DNA of 64,000 nt from Verrucomicrobiota bacterium (GCA_039798785.1 JBDKFG010000008.1:49279-113278); one strand, 5' to 3'; shown: positions 47,851-57,950, counted from the first letter of the stretch. The notes: a model not told the origin generated them from the sequence alone. Numbers and translations are program-made.

Positions 47851-48348
47851 GTTAGGTAGGTGCACCGGGTGGTGCCGGTGGTGCCACCTTTTTATTGAGC
47901 TCACAATTTTATTGAATTATTTCATTGTTGACTTTTTTATAAAAACCGATATGACTGGTATTTTTATCGTGTAAAAATTACTACGTAAAAACTACGCGAT
48001 TCTACGCAATTTACGATTGTTTAATTGGTAAATATCACTTGAATTAACTTGTATAATTCTATTTTTTACACAATTTTTACAAGTGTAAAATTATTGAATT
48101 CAAGTTAATATTCATATTGATTCCATGCTCAATCACGCTGAAGAAATTTAAAATCAGTGGAAGCGGACATTGGATTTGGATTTGAGTCATCGGCATCTCG
48201 CGCGTACACATACGCGAGATAGCTGCGTAGGATTCAGGCAGCATTCGGATCAGAGGAGAGAGCGGGTCGGCATCTGGCCGCCGGCGGGCGCCAAGGTCAC
48301 TAAGAAAAAATGCGCTGCCTCAATGCTATGCGAAAAACGGAGGTCCCC

Positions 48349-48702
48349 ATGGCAATAGCTCGTTCAAACATTCAGGTCCGGGTCAGCACCGTAAAGCTGC
48401 TCACCAAACTGATGCGGTCGCTAGTCGAGGAGAATGTGGTTGGAAGTCTGGAGGCGCAGGTCATAGCGGCCAACCTCAAGCAACTCGCCGAGCGCGGCGA
48501 GTTACTCGCGCAGACACAGGAGGTGCGACTGCTGACCAGCGACCAGGTCGCCGAGATGCTGGCGCTTGGTAAATCCAACTTCGACAAGCTCCTGCGCGAA
48601 GGCCGGCTGAATCTCAAGCGAATCCAGATCGGCACATCCGTCCGCTTTAGATCGGACGATGTCCAGAGGCTGATCCTCGGCGGCGGCCTCGAGGGAATCT
48701 AG
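48349..48702 (+). CDS. Excisionase/AlpA-like HTH DNA-binding protein
   Basis: LLTSDQVAEMLALGKSNFDKLLREG....IG.SVRF..DDV; GGAGG RBS. Confidence 0.82.
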   Translation: MAIARSNIQVRVSTVKLLTKLMRSLVEENVVGSLEAQVIAANLKQLAERGELLAQTQEVRLLTSDQVAEMLALGKSNFDKLLREGRLNLKRIQIGTSVRFRSDDVQRLILGGGLEGI

Positions 48703-48957
48703 GCTTCCGCCGCTGAGTTCCCAATGGGCTCGCGCGGCTAGGTCTTCCTGATGTCCATTAAAGCTCCAGCTAGAAATAAATCACACACAATACATTCTCT
48801 GAGAGACGCTCGATTTACAAGAAAAGTCCGCACGCTGCGCCCCAGAGCAGGGAAAAAACTCCTCCCTGAATGGGCGGGCATGTTCGGGGGTTATTTGTAG
48901 TATAGAAAGAGTAAGTCTCTCGAGGGAACCAAAAAACCAAAAACGAGAGGTGTCAAA

Positions 48958-49647
48958 ATGATCCACACGAGCGCCGGTGACAATATCGATGAGATCGAAA
49001 ATAGGATCGAAGATATTTTTAGTTTTGCTTTGAAAAAGAGAAGGAGGAACTTCTTTGTGAGGTTCGACCTGAGATTCCCTGATGATGGAGTCGTCCATAA
49101 GGAGTCAGACATCTTTAAAAAATTCATCCAGGTCTTTATCCAGAACCAGGGCCGCAATTACGGAGATGTCTTCTATGTAGCTGTCCGGGAAAAGGCAGGC
49201 TCAATTTCAGGACATTTTCATATATTTATTCTCTACGATGGCCGAAATGTCCGCAGCTCTTACGCACCCATCCTTAAGGCCAAGGAGCTTTGGGCTTACT
49301 ACCTGTCGAAGTATCTGGGGCGCAAAGTGAATGCGGCGGGCCTGGTCCAGTATGGGCGTCCAATATACTGGTTCTACCCCGGCGAAGTTTGGCCCTATTC
49401 GGTGCCTCGTCCCGATCAGAGCCGAGGAGTCATGATCACACGGGGGTCTGAGGAGTTCGATGCGCACCTCGACTTCGCGAAACGGCAGGCATTTTACCTG
49501 GCCAAGGCCTACAGCAAGGCTTCAGTCGGCAAGCATCATCACTCGTGGAGGAGCTCCCAAGGGATTCCTTCTCGCTTCGCCCCGCCACCGCCTGCCGAGG
49601 AATGGATCTCGCCGACCTGTCTTGTCACCCGTGGCGAGTGCTTCTGA
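48958..49647 (+). CDS. HUH-endonuclease-like protein (inovirus Gp2/YagK-YfjJ type)
   Basis: VRFDLRFP, VRE, HFHIFIL (HUH), YLAK...K. Confidence 0.7.
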   Translation: MIHTSAGDNIDEIENRIEDIFSFALKKRRRNFFVRFDLRFPDDGVVHKESDIFKKFIQVFIQNQGRNYGDVFYVAVREKAGSISGHFHIFILYDGRNVRSSYAPILKAKELWAYYLSKYLGRKVNAAGLVQYGRPIYWFYPGEVWPYSVPRPDQSRGVMITRGSEEFDAHLDFAKRQAFYLAKAYSKASVGKHHHSWRSSQGIPSRFAPPPPAEEWISPTCLVTRGECF

Positions 49648-50039
49648 AATTTGACGGCGAAAGCACTTTCCGGCAAGGCTTTCGGAGCCCCGACCTCTGA
49701 TTAATCAGCGCATCCAGGCATCACATGCCCAGGAGGACGAGCAGTTGACATCGAAGCCTCGCGGACTGCCCCCTTGGTCTATGACTTCGGACCTAGCGCC
49801 TTTGGCTCCTACGGGGAGTTCGCCGCGCTAGGGATCTGAACCGAGACACCCCAAGCCTACCCTCCTGCTTGTGCTGCAAGCCTAGCGGAGGCCTCATCAT
49901 GGAGTCATCCCAAACCCCCGATCCCGTTGCTCTTGTCAAGCTCAGCCCTCTATCCCACCCGTAGCCATCGGCTGCCTGCCCCAGCGGCCGATGGCGATCC
50001 CTCACGCAACCCTCACCCCGCAACCTAAAGGCCATCCCC

Positions 50040-51401
50040 ATGCTGACTATCTCACCATCCTCCCCGTCCCAACCCGACGACCCCTTTCTCCCCATTCTTA
50101 ATCCAGAGCAAAACGCTGCCCTTGACCATATGCTGTCCGGGCGTAACGTATTCCTGACCGGCAAAGCAGGATCTGGAAAATCTACCGTGGTTGAAGCCTT
50201 CATCAGAAAAACTACGCGGCAGGTCGTGAAGACTGCACCGACGGGGGTGGCTGCCAGACGCATCGGCGGCCATACGCTTCACCACATCTTTGAGTTGGTC
50301 CACCAGGTCTATCTGCCGGACTTCAATCCGTGCCTTGCCCAAGAGTCCCTCGATGTCCTGGCCGCCCTGGATGTCCTGATCATCGATGAGATCTCCATGG
50401 TCCGAGCAGACCTCCTCAACACCATCGACAGGACCTTGCAGCTGGCCAACTGTAACGACCTGCCCTTTGGCGGGAAACAAATCGTACTTGTTGGCGACCT
50501 CTATCAACTTAATCCTGTGGCCAAGGACCGAGTCAAGGAACTTCTCAAACGCTATTACGGCGGAATAAATCCCTATCACGCAGTCAGTTGGTCGGAGTCG
50601 AGATTCCTCTTTATTGATCTCCAGCAAACGCATCGACAGTCCGATCCAGTGTTCATCACCTTGCTCAACTGGCTGCGCACGGGGGACACTCCTGAATTCG
50701 CCTCGCGCGAAGATCTCGTTGCCTACGCCAATTCCATCCTCAACATCTGTGCCGAGCCTGATCCCGGCGCCGTGATTCTCTGCTCCATGAACAGACGGGC
50801 TGCGGAGATCAACCAGGAGCGTGATGCCCTGCTGGAGGAAGAGGATGTAGTCTGCTTCAGGGCAAGCTACACCGGAGTGGTCGATTTCACCGAAATGCAG
50901 GCGCCGCCCCAGCTTCATTTGCGTAAAGGATCTCGCGTCCTTCTGGTCGCTAATAAGTTGAATATTGATGAGCGCAGCTACTTGTACACGAACGGCGATC
51001 AAGGCTGGGTGACGGAGATCGAGGAAAAGGCGGTCCATGTGAAACTCGACAACGGCAATACGGTGCTCGTCCGCGCGCATCGCTGGGTCAACAACATGAT
51101 TGTTTACGATGAGTCGAAGGGGACCCTGCGGGAGCACCAGATCGGCGAATACCACCAACTGCCGCTCAAGCTCGGCTACGCGATTTCAGTGCATAAATCG
51201 CAAGGACTCAGCATGGATCGGGTCCACCTGGACCTGTCGCGGAGGCTCTTCGCCCCAGGTATGTTGTATGTGGCGCTCTCAAGATGTCGTACTCTGAGTG
51301 GCTTGACGATCTCCCGTCCACTGCATCACTCCGAGCTCATCTACGATCCCGAGATCGAGAAATTCTACAGCCGGCAACTGATCGAAAAATCGGCAGGCTA
51401 G
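50040..51401 (+). CDS. Pif1/RecD-like SF1B helicase
   Basis: GKAGSGKS, APTGVAA, IDEISM, FGGKQ...GDLYQL, HRQ, QLPL.L.YA.SVHKSQG, YVALSR. Confidence 0.93.
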   Translation: MLTISPSSPSQPDDPFLPILNPEQNAALDHMLSGRNVFLTGKAGSGKSTVVEAFIRKTTRQVVKTAPTGVAARRIGGHTLHHIFELVHQVYLPDFNPCLAQESLDVLAALDVLIIDEISMVRADLLNTIDRTLQLANCNDLPFGGKQIVLVGDLYQLNPVAKDRVKELLKRYYGGINPYHAVSWSESRFLFIDLQQTHRQSDPVFITLLNWLRTGDTPEFASREDLVAYANSILNICAEPDPGAVILCSMNRRAAEINQERDALLEEEDVVCFRASYTGVVDFTEMQAPPQLHLRKGSRVLLVANKLNIDERSYLYTNGDQGWVTEIEEKAVHVKLDNGNTVLVRAHRWVNNMIVYDESKGTLREHQIGEYHQLPLKLGYAISVHKSQGLSMDRVHLDLSRRLFAPGMLYVALSRCRTLSGLTISRPLHHSELIYDPEIEKFYSRQLIEKSAG

Positions 51402-51549
51402 AACTACCCGCCAAGCGGCTAAAAACGTCTAGCTGAACCCTCGGTTTCGAGCGGGCTTTTACCCCCGAGATCTTGCGCCGGATGCCCCGCATTTGACGCT
51501 GCCGAAATCGCTCGCGGCGGTTTCCCTCTATTCTCCATTCCACGACCCG

Positions 51550-51583
51550 AAGCCCGAGACGCCTTACCAGCTCTCGGGCTTTT
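51550..51583 (+). terminator. Intrinsic terminator-like hairpin
   Basis: AAGCCCGAGA...TCTCGGGCTT followed by TT. Confidence 0.55.
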
Positions 51584-51891
51584 CTTGCGCCTCAAAGCCC
51601 CCACCTTTTACCCCACAGACCCAAGCCATGAGCCCCATCTACGCTAACGCCGTCGACTCCCTCCGCGTCGGCATCGAGCAACACCTGAAGGCGCCCGACA
51701 ACTCCAGCCTGAAGACGAACCCGTATCCGGCCTCCAGATGGAAGGTCTTGGTGCGGGCTTTGGCACCCTTCTCGTGCTTGCCGCCGCCGCGCTGAGCGCG
51801 CGTTTTCCCTGCCTCTTTCCCCTCAACGCCGTGCGACTCGTCGGCACGCAACACGCCCATCCCCCCAATCCCAAGCCCCTGAGGCCTCCCC

Positions 51892-52497
51892 ATGATCCCC
51901 ACTGAATTCTCGCCGGAAGGCTACGCCCTCCGCCAGGTCACCAACGCTGAATTTGTCAGCTTCCTCAATCGGCTCCTCGACCAGGACGAAATCCATCCCT
52001 CCAGGTCGGTCATCACCCTCAGCGGCTCCGATGAAGCCCTGATCAACATCTTCAAGTCTCCCATTAAATTCGAGTGCGGCCGATTCGCTCTCGTCCGGAA
52101 CTCTCTTGCGTATCTGCCCGTCACCAAGGTCTCGGCGAACGGCGCCCGGCTCTACGCCGAGTCCCTGGCTGGCGGCGACTTTCGCGTCCACGGCGGCCTC
52201 ATCCACGATGATGATGACGGCTTGATCGGCCTGGACTGGATGCCCTCCTATCGGAACGACGAGCTGTTCATCGTCGAGAAGGCGGTCATGCGGCAAGTGC
52301 TCGGTTTCCACTACGAGCTGGATGACCGTTTGGTTTTGGCGACCAAGCTCAGTGACGGATGGCAGAGGAACCTCTTGCACCAATCCGAAGAGGCGCTTCA
52401 AAATGTGACCGACGAAGAAGGCGCCCGAGACTTGCTGGTCCGAGAGACTGGGGACTGGAACGAGTGCGCGTTCTCCTTCCGCCTCGACCGCCTGTAA
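51892..52497 (+). CDS. Hypothetical protein with a divergent FGE/SUMF1-like N-half
   Basis: VTNAEFVSFLN and PVTKVS..GA..YA resemble FGE-sulfatase motifs; ends FRL. Confidence 0.55.
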   Translation: MIPTEFSPEGYALRQVTNAEFVSFLNRLLDQDEIHPSRSVITLSGSDEALINIFKSPIKFECGRFALVRNSLAYLPVTKVSANGARLYAESLAGGDFRVHGGLIHDDDDGLIGLDWMPSYRNDELFIVEKAVMRQVLGFHYELDDRLVLATKLSDGWQRNLLHQSEEALQNVTDEEGARDLLVRETGDWNECAFSFRLDRL

Positions 52498-52613
52498 TTG
52501 TCGCAAGGGGCTCGCTATCCGCGAGCCCTCCCTGATCGGTGAGGCAGGGTAGATTAGGCTTCGCGAATTCCCCGCGCCATTCCTCCCCTCCCTCAAACGC
52601 CGGACTCCTCTTC

Positions 52614-54269
52614 ATGGCCAAGATCTACCGCTTCCGCCCCTCACATGTCCTGCACGAATCCGAGCAGGCTTTTGCCGCTGCGGCAGCTCAATTGCCGGAG
52701 GATTGGATCGTCGTTTGGAGCTATAGCTACCAGGATGAATCGGGGCAGAACCGCGAAGGGGATTTCCTCGTCTTCGTTCCCGATCTCGGCATCGCGGTGA
52801 TCGAGATCAAGTCCGGAGCGCTGCATGTCGACACCCGCAGCGGCGCCTGGAACACGCCTCACGGCGACGACCCCTTCGGCCAACTCGGCCGCGAGACCAA
52901 CGGCGTCTTGCGCCGCCTCAAGAGCCAACAAGCGCAAGCCCCTTGGGTCGCGCAATTTCTCTGCCTGCCGAATCAGGATCTGCCGATCTTCGAGCACTAC
53001 AAGCATCATCCCCGCTGCCTCTTCCTCGGACGCAATGACCTGCCGGCCCTCAAGGAGCTGATTGTCGCCAGCCTCGACAAGGCCTATCCCAATCAACGCG
53101 CCGCCGCCACAGCGGAACTCTTCCTCAAGGCCTTTGTGCCCGAGAACAGCCGCGATCTGCACCTGCTGCACCCGGCGGAGTCCCTCGACCTCCAACGCCT
53201 CACCGATTCCCACCTGAGTCAGTTGCGCCGGAGTATCTCCGAAAACCGACGGCTCCTAGTGCGCGGCCCCGCCGGCAGCGGCAAGACCTTTTTCGGCCTC
53301 TATGAAGCGATCGACGGCCTGAAGCGCGGCGAACATGTCCTCTTCCTGTGCTACAACCGCAACCTGGCGGAATTCCTCGATGGCCAATTCCGCCGTTTCC
53401 AGGCCCGTTCAGGCGGCTTGGGCAGGGTGGATGTCCTGACCTGGGAAGATTTGCTGCGACGCCACCTTGGCGAAGCCTTTCCGCCCCTTCCGGAGGGATC
53501 GCGTCAACGCGCCGCCTTCTACGACGAGACACTGCCCTCCCTGGCGCGACAGCTCCTTGCCGAGGGAAGAGTGCAAGCGCAATGGGATCGCTTGGTGGTC
53601 GACGAAGGTCAAGACCTCGACACCTCCTCTCCGGGGGCTCAACCGGGCTGGTGGGATTTCATCCTCGCCCAGATCCATCGCCCCGAGCAGGCGCAGATCT
53701 GCGTTTGTCTCGATGCCGAGCAACGGCCAGGCTTCCGCTCCGGCGTCTTTGATCTGGAAGCCCTGCAGCAACGACTCCACCCCGTCACCCGGGTGCAACT
53801 GTTTCAACGCCTGCGCTGCACTCGCCAGATCGCCCGTTTCCTCGACCAGCTCAACGGCGAAGATTTTCCTCCTCACCCCTCCCTGCCTCCCGGCCTGCCG
53901 GTGGAAACCCGGTCGATCCCGAAGGCCAAGATGTTGGAGGCTGCGCTCGAAGTGATTCAGCATTGGATCGACGAGCACAAACTTGCGCCGCACGAGATCC
54001 TGCTGCTCGATCAACCGGGCAAGAACGATCCCGGGCTTCTCAGCTCTTGCGGCGAGCGCTTCGGTCCCTGGCCGATCAGCCCCGCCGGCCAGACTCTTCC
54101 AGGCCATCTCCGCGCCGGATCTTGCCTCAAATCGAAGGGCCTGGAGGCCACTGCTGTCCTGCTCCTGGGACTCAGCCTCGACCCCGAATCCCCCCAGCGC
54201 GACGCCCTCATCACCGGCGCTTCCCGGGCGAGGCAGCTTTTGACGGTGCTGACGGTGGAGGGTGTTTGA
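52614..54269 (+). CDS. NERD nuclease fused to an SF1 helicase
   Basis: EGDFLV...IEIKSG, DPFGQ; GPAGSGKT, LCYN, VDEGQD, KGLEA, SRAR. Confidence 0.88.
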   Translation: MAKIYRFRPSHVLHESEQAFAAAAAQLPEDWIVVWSYSYQDESGQNREGDFLVFVPDLGIAVIEIKSGALHVDTRSGAWNTPHGDDPFGQLGRETNGVLRRLKSQQAQAPWVAQFLCLPNQDLPIFEHYKHHPRCLFLGRNDLPALKELIVASLDKAYPNQRAAATAELFLKAFVPENSRDLHLLHPAESLDLQRLTDSHLSQLRRSISENRRLLVRGPAGSGKTFFGLYEAIDGLKRGEHVLFLCYNRNLAEFLDGQFRRFQARSGGLGRVDVLTWEDLLRRHLGEAFPPLPEGSRQRAAFYDETLPSLARQLLAEGRVQAQWDRLVVDEGQDLDTSSPGAQPGWWDFILAQIHRPEQAQICVCLDAEQRPGFRSGVFDLEALQQRLHPVTRVQLFQRLRCTRQIARFLDQLNGEDFPPHPSLPPGLPVETRSIPKAKMLEAALEVIQHWIDEHKLAPHEILLLDQPGKNDPGLLSSCGERFGPWPISPAGQTLPGHLRAGSCLKSKGLEATAVLLLGLSLDPESPQRDALITGASRARQLLTVLTVEGV

Positions 54270-54283
54270 GCAGGCATTCCACC

Positions 54284-54787
54284 TCAGCTCCAGAGACCTC
54301 GCTTCTGCATCCAAATCGCGATCCCCGCACAAGCCCGGGCATCGGCCAAGGCGTCGTGATGGCGACTCAATTCCACCCCGCAGGCCGCTGCGACCGTGGG
54401 CAGCTGCCGATTCGGTAAGTCCTGGCAGTGCTGCACGGCCATCTGGTAGGTGCAGCTTGTCGTGAACTCTGGCTGAGGCAAGGAGTATCGCTTCAGACTC
54501 TGCGTCAGAACCCTGCGGTCGAACTTCATGTTGTGCGCCACCAGGTGACGCCCTGCAATCCAAGGCAGCAGCTCGGGCCAAAGTCTGGCGAAATTCGGCG
54601 CGTCTGCCACCTGTGCGGGGTGGATGCCGTGGATTCCGATGAAGAAGCGGGAGAACCAGGTCTCGGGATGGATCAACCAAGCCTTTTCGGCGATGATGAC
54701 GCCGTCGTGAACCTCCACCACGGCCACCGAACAGGCGCTGGTGTTGGAGGGGTTTGCAGTTTCAAAATCAATGGCGGTGAAGTTCAT
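54284..54787 (-). CDS. DEDDh 3'-5' exonuclease (DnaQ-like)
   Basis: AIDFETAN, VAHN..FD, HHDALADA. Confidence 0.92.
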   Translation of the reverse strand: MNFTAIDFETANPSNTSACSVAVVEVHDGVIIAEKAWLIHPETWFSRFFIGIHGIHPAQVADAPNFARLWPELLPWIAGRHLVAHNMKFDRRVLTQSLKRYSLPQPEFTTSCTYQMAVQHCQDLPNRQLPTVAAACGVELSRHHDALADARACAGIAIWMQKRGLWS

Positions 54788-55923
54788 CGGCTGGCCTCCT
54801 GGACTTGTGCGAGCATCCCTTGCAACAAGGGCCATCGGACGGCGAATTCCGGACGGCGACGGATCAAGGGCAGCCATTGGTGCGGCGACAGCTCATTCTC
54901 CCTCCAGTCCCAAGCACAAAAGCCGGATAGTTGCGGCGCCGCCGCGAGTAACCGCAGCCAGTCGTAAGGGGTGAAGCGGATCCTCGCCCACGGGCAAGCC
55001 GAGGCGAACTCGGGCTTCAAGATCAGAAGGTGCCGCCAATGAGGACGCTGCAGCCGAGTCAAATCGCAGAAGGGACTGAACTGCGGGAATTCGGTCAAGA
55101 CGAGCAACAAAGCCGCCGAAGTGAAGCGCCCCCAAGGGCATTCGGGCAGAAGGGAGGGCATGGCCTCCACTGCGGCCAGCCACATGCGTGCATTCCAGTT
55201 GTCTCGCTCCTCCAAGTCCGGCATTCGCGAGGCGTCGGGACACTCGCGCAACTTGACCGGCGCCAGGGCCCGCCAGTCTTCGCGGCTGAGGAGATCTGGC
55301 GGGCAGTGACGGGCGAATTGCAGCTGCCGGGATAGCAAGTCCAGCCACTCATGCCGGTACAGGAAAGCGAGCTCTTGTCCTCTGACTTCTTCCCAGGGAC
55401 AAAACTCTGCAAATTGCGGCTGATCCATGAGCAGCCGTAGCCAATCCTCGGCGCGCAGTCGTGCCCAGGGACATCGCTCTGCCAAAGAAGGCTGATCGCT
55501 CAAGAGTCTCGCCCAGTCAGGCCCCCGCAGGCTTTCCCAGCGACATAGGGACGCGAAGTGTGGCTGCTCCGCCAGCAGCTCGGCCCAGTCAGAACCGATC
55601 AGGAGACTCCAGTCGCAGCGGCTGGCGAACTCCGGATGCTGCCGCAGCAGCTCGGCCCAATGACTCCCCAGAAATTCACGCCAAGGGCAGCGGTTCTCCA
55701 GTTCCGGCAAATGCCCCATGAGGAGGGGCCATTCGTCGACATCGATCTCATCCCACTTGGCCAAGGATTTCAGGCTTGGGAAAAGCGGCAGCAACTCGGC
55801 CCAAGGCAGCTCCCAAGGATTGGGCGGCCCGAGGTGCTGGGCATCCTGATCTTCCTCCGCGAGTTCCTCTTCAAGGTTCGCGTAGATCGATGACTGCCGG
55901 TGTCGAGTGAAAAGCTGGGGCAT
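54784..55923 (-). CDS. Trp/Cys-rich 24-aa tandem-repeat protein
   Basis: About 13 repeats of W..LL..QP.FA..CPW..L...D; AGGAG RBS; ATGA overlap with exonuclease. Confidence 0.8.
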   Translation of the reverse strand: MPQLFTRHRQSSIYANLEEELAEEDQDAQHLGPPNPWELPWAELLPLFPSLKSLAKWDEIDVDEWPLLMGHLPELENRCPWREFLGSHWAELLRQHPEFASRCDWSLLIGSDWAELLAEQPHFASLCRWESLRGPDWARLLSDQPSLAERCPWARLRAEDWLRLLMDQPQFAEFCPWEEVRGQELAFLYRHEWLDLLSRQLQFARHCPPDLLSREDWRALAPVKLRECPDASRMPDLEERDNWNARMWLAAVEAMPSLLPECPWGRFTSAALLLVLTEFPQFSPFCDLTRLQRPHWRHLLILKPEFASACPWARIRFTPYDWLRLLAAAPQLSGFCAWDWRENELSPHQWLPLIRRRPEFAVRWPLLQGMLAQVQEASR

Positions 55924-56119
55924 GCTTCTGGCTCCTGTGTTGACTGCTTCTGTCCTCCAGTCTAAGTCGCTTGACTGGCCAAGCCTTGGCCATGAGCGGC
56001 CCGGAGTCGAAATTTAGAAAATTCGGCAATCTGCTTGCCTAGCCATGATTTGGCTTGGAAATGCGTGTAGACTGGAGATGCAGAAGCTCTTCCTCAACCA
56101 GCACCACGGAGTCCCATGC

Positions 56120-57913
56120 ATGCACAGGATTACTCTCAGCCAGTTGTTTCACGGTAAACTATTTTCCATTCCGGATTACCAACGCAGCTACGCTTGGGAC
56201 AAGAGGCAGTGGCAAGATTTTACAGATGATCTCGAGTCGATGTTGGATCCTGGAAGCTCAGGCTTTCATTACACCGGCACAATCGTCACCTTCTGCCCGG
56301 AGAAGGCCTTAACTAGCTACAATCGCCGCGACTGTCAGGTGCATGAATTGGTTGATGGGCAGCAGCGCATGGTCACTTGTTGCCTCGCCTTGGCCGCCTT
56401 AATTCACCGCTTGATCGCTCTTGGGGCGTCAGACTATCTAAGGGACATCGCCGAACTCCTGCATCATCAAGGTCGGGCCAAAATCACCCTCGCCGGCGAG
56501 GCCGCGCCCTTGTTCCAAGAGCTGTTGACCGGGCGCTCCCACGCCGCCGCCTCCGGCTCACATCAACAGCGTCTGATCGACGCCCAACTTTATTTCCGCA
56601 ATTGGGCCGAGAGCCAGGATCGCGATGCCTTGGAAGCTCTGTTTGCCGCCATCACCAACCGCCTGATATTTACTCATTACCAAGTTGACGATGAATGTGA
56701 GATTGGCATGACTTTCGAGCTGATGAACGCCCGCGGCAAACCCTTGTCGACGCTTGAGCTGCTGAAGAATTACCTGCTGCACTGGATCAGCCGAAACACC
56801 TTGGAAGCCAGTGAACGAACCTATCTCGCGGGCGAAGTCAACAAGGCCTGGTGCCGGGTCTATGGCAACATCGCCAAGGGGAAAGAAGATCAGCTGCTGG
56901 CTTGCGTCTGGACTTTGCTCTGTGATCATAACCCCAAGAGCTGGAAAGGGTATTCCAGCTTCAAGCAAGATCAGATTTTGCCCTTGCGCCCGCGCGAGGC
57001 TAGTGCCCGTGAACAGGCCAAAAGATTTTTAATTTCCTTCGTCGCTGCTCTCAGTGAGATGTCCCTGCATTATGGCCGCATATGCACTCCGGAACTTTTA
57101 ACCAAATCTGCTGGGAAAATTTGGCTGGAAAAGATCCATCGAGCTGGCAATATCGCCAATTTCCTTCCACTATTGATCTCTTCTCAGCTCCGAGCAGAGA
57201 GCTCGCCACTTCATGAAAAAGGCCATGTGGAGATCATTCAAGCTCTTGAAGCCTTCTCCTACCGCGTCTATCGACTTGAGGGCAAACGTAGCAACGCCGG
57301 TCGCAGCGCCTTTTTCCGCCTCGCCCGTGATCTCTACACAGGCAAGATCGATCACGCAGCTGCGCGGACCGCGATTGACAGTCTGACACGCTCGTATTCC
57401 CCTCAAGCCCGATTTGAACTCCGCTTGCAGCCCAGCCAGACCCATTGGTATCAAGAACGCCATCTGCTCAAATACACCCTGTTTGAATATGAGCTATTTC
57501 TGCTCGACACCTGTGCCCACGGCGCTCCGCCGCGATTGGCGTGGATCGATCTTGCCTCCGAAAGCACGCTTGAGCACATCCTGCCGCAAAATCCGGCGAC
57601 TTCATCTCAATGGCTGAAGCTGTGGAGCGAGGAAGCCCGCCATCAATGGCAACACGACATCGGTAATCTGGTTTTGACACGCGACAACAGCAGCTATCGT
57701 AATTTCGATTTCGATAGGAAAAAATCCGGGAACCCTGGCTACGCCTCATCCGACATCAGACAGGAACGAGATCTTCGACTCTTTGAAGATTGGACCCCTG
57801 AAACATGCGAGAAACGACGCCAGAAGATCATTTCTTGGATCCTGCAACGATGGCAAGTGCCGGAAGGCGAATTGCTGACTTCCTCTGATGAAGAGGATGA
57901 CAATGACGAGTGA
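56120..57913 (+). CDS. DUF262 + DUF1524/HNH protein (GmrSD/SspE-like nuclease)
   Basis: IPDYQRSYAW, DGQQR, FELMNARG; C-terminal EHILPQ...IGNLVL...N. Confidence 0.9.
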   Translation: MHRITLSQLFHGKLFSIPDYQRSYAWDKRQWQDFTDDLESMLDPGSSGFHYTGTIVTFCPEKALTSYNRRDCQVHELVDGQQRMVTCCLALAALIHRLIALGASDYLRDIAELLHHQGRAKITLAGEAAPLFQELLTGRSHAAASGSHQQRLIDAQLYFRNWAESQDRDALEALFAAITNRLIFTHYQVDDECEIGMTFELMNARGKPLSTLELLKNYLLHWISRNTLEASERTYLAGEVNKAWCRVYGNIAKGKEDQLLACVWTLLCDHNPKSWKGYSSFKQDQILPLRPREASAREQAKRFLISFVAALSEMSLHYGRICTPELLTKSAGKIWLEKIHRAGNIANFLPLLISSQLRAESSPLHEKGHVEIIQALEAFSYRVYRLEGKRSNAGRSAFFRLARDLYTGKIDHAAARTAIDSLTRSYSPQARFELRLQPSQTHWYQERHLLKYTLFEYELFLLDTCAHGAPPRLAWIDLASESTLEHILPQNPATSSQWLKLWSEEARHQWQHDIGNLVLTRDNSSYRNFDFDRKKSGNPGYASSDIRQERDLRLFEDWTPETCEKRRQKIISWILQRWQVPEGELLTSSDEEDDNDE

Positions 57914-57950
57914 ATTTACCTCTCGATGGTCGGATTAAGGAATTGCAGTT

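Noticed and set aside
51892..52497. Diversity-generating retroelement target (FGE/CLec fold)
   Set aside because: No reverse transcriptase and no template/variable repeat pair seen in the window
56120..57913. Complete Ssp/Dnd phosphorothioate or BREX system
   Set aside because: No sspBCD, dnd, pglX or pglZ genes visible; only the DUF262-HNH and WYL genes
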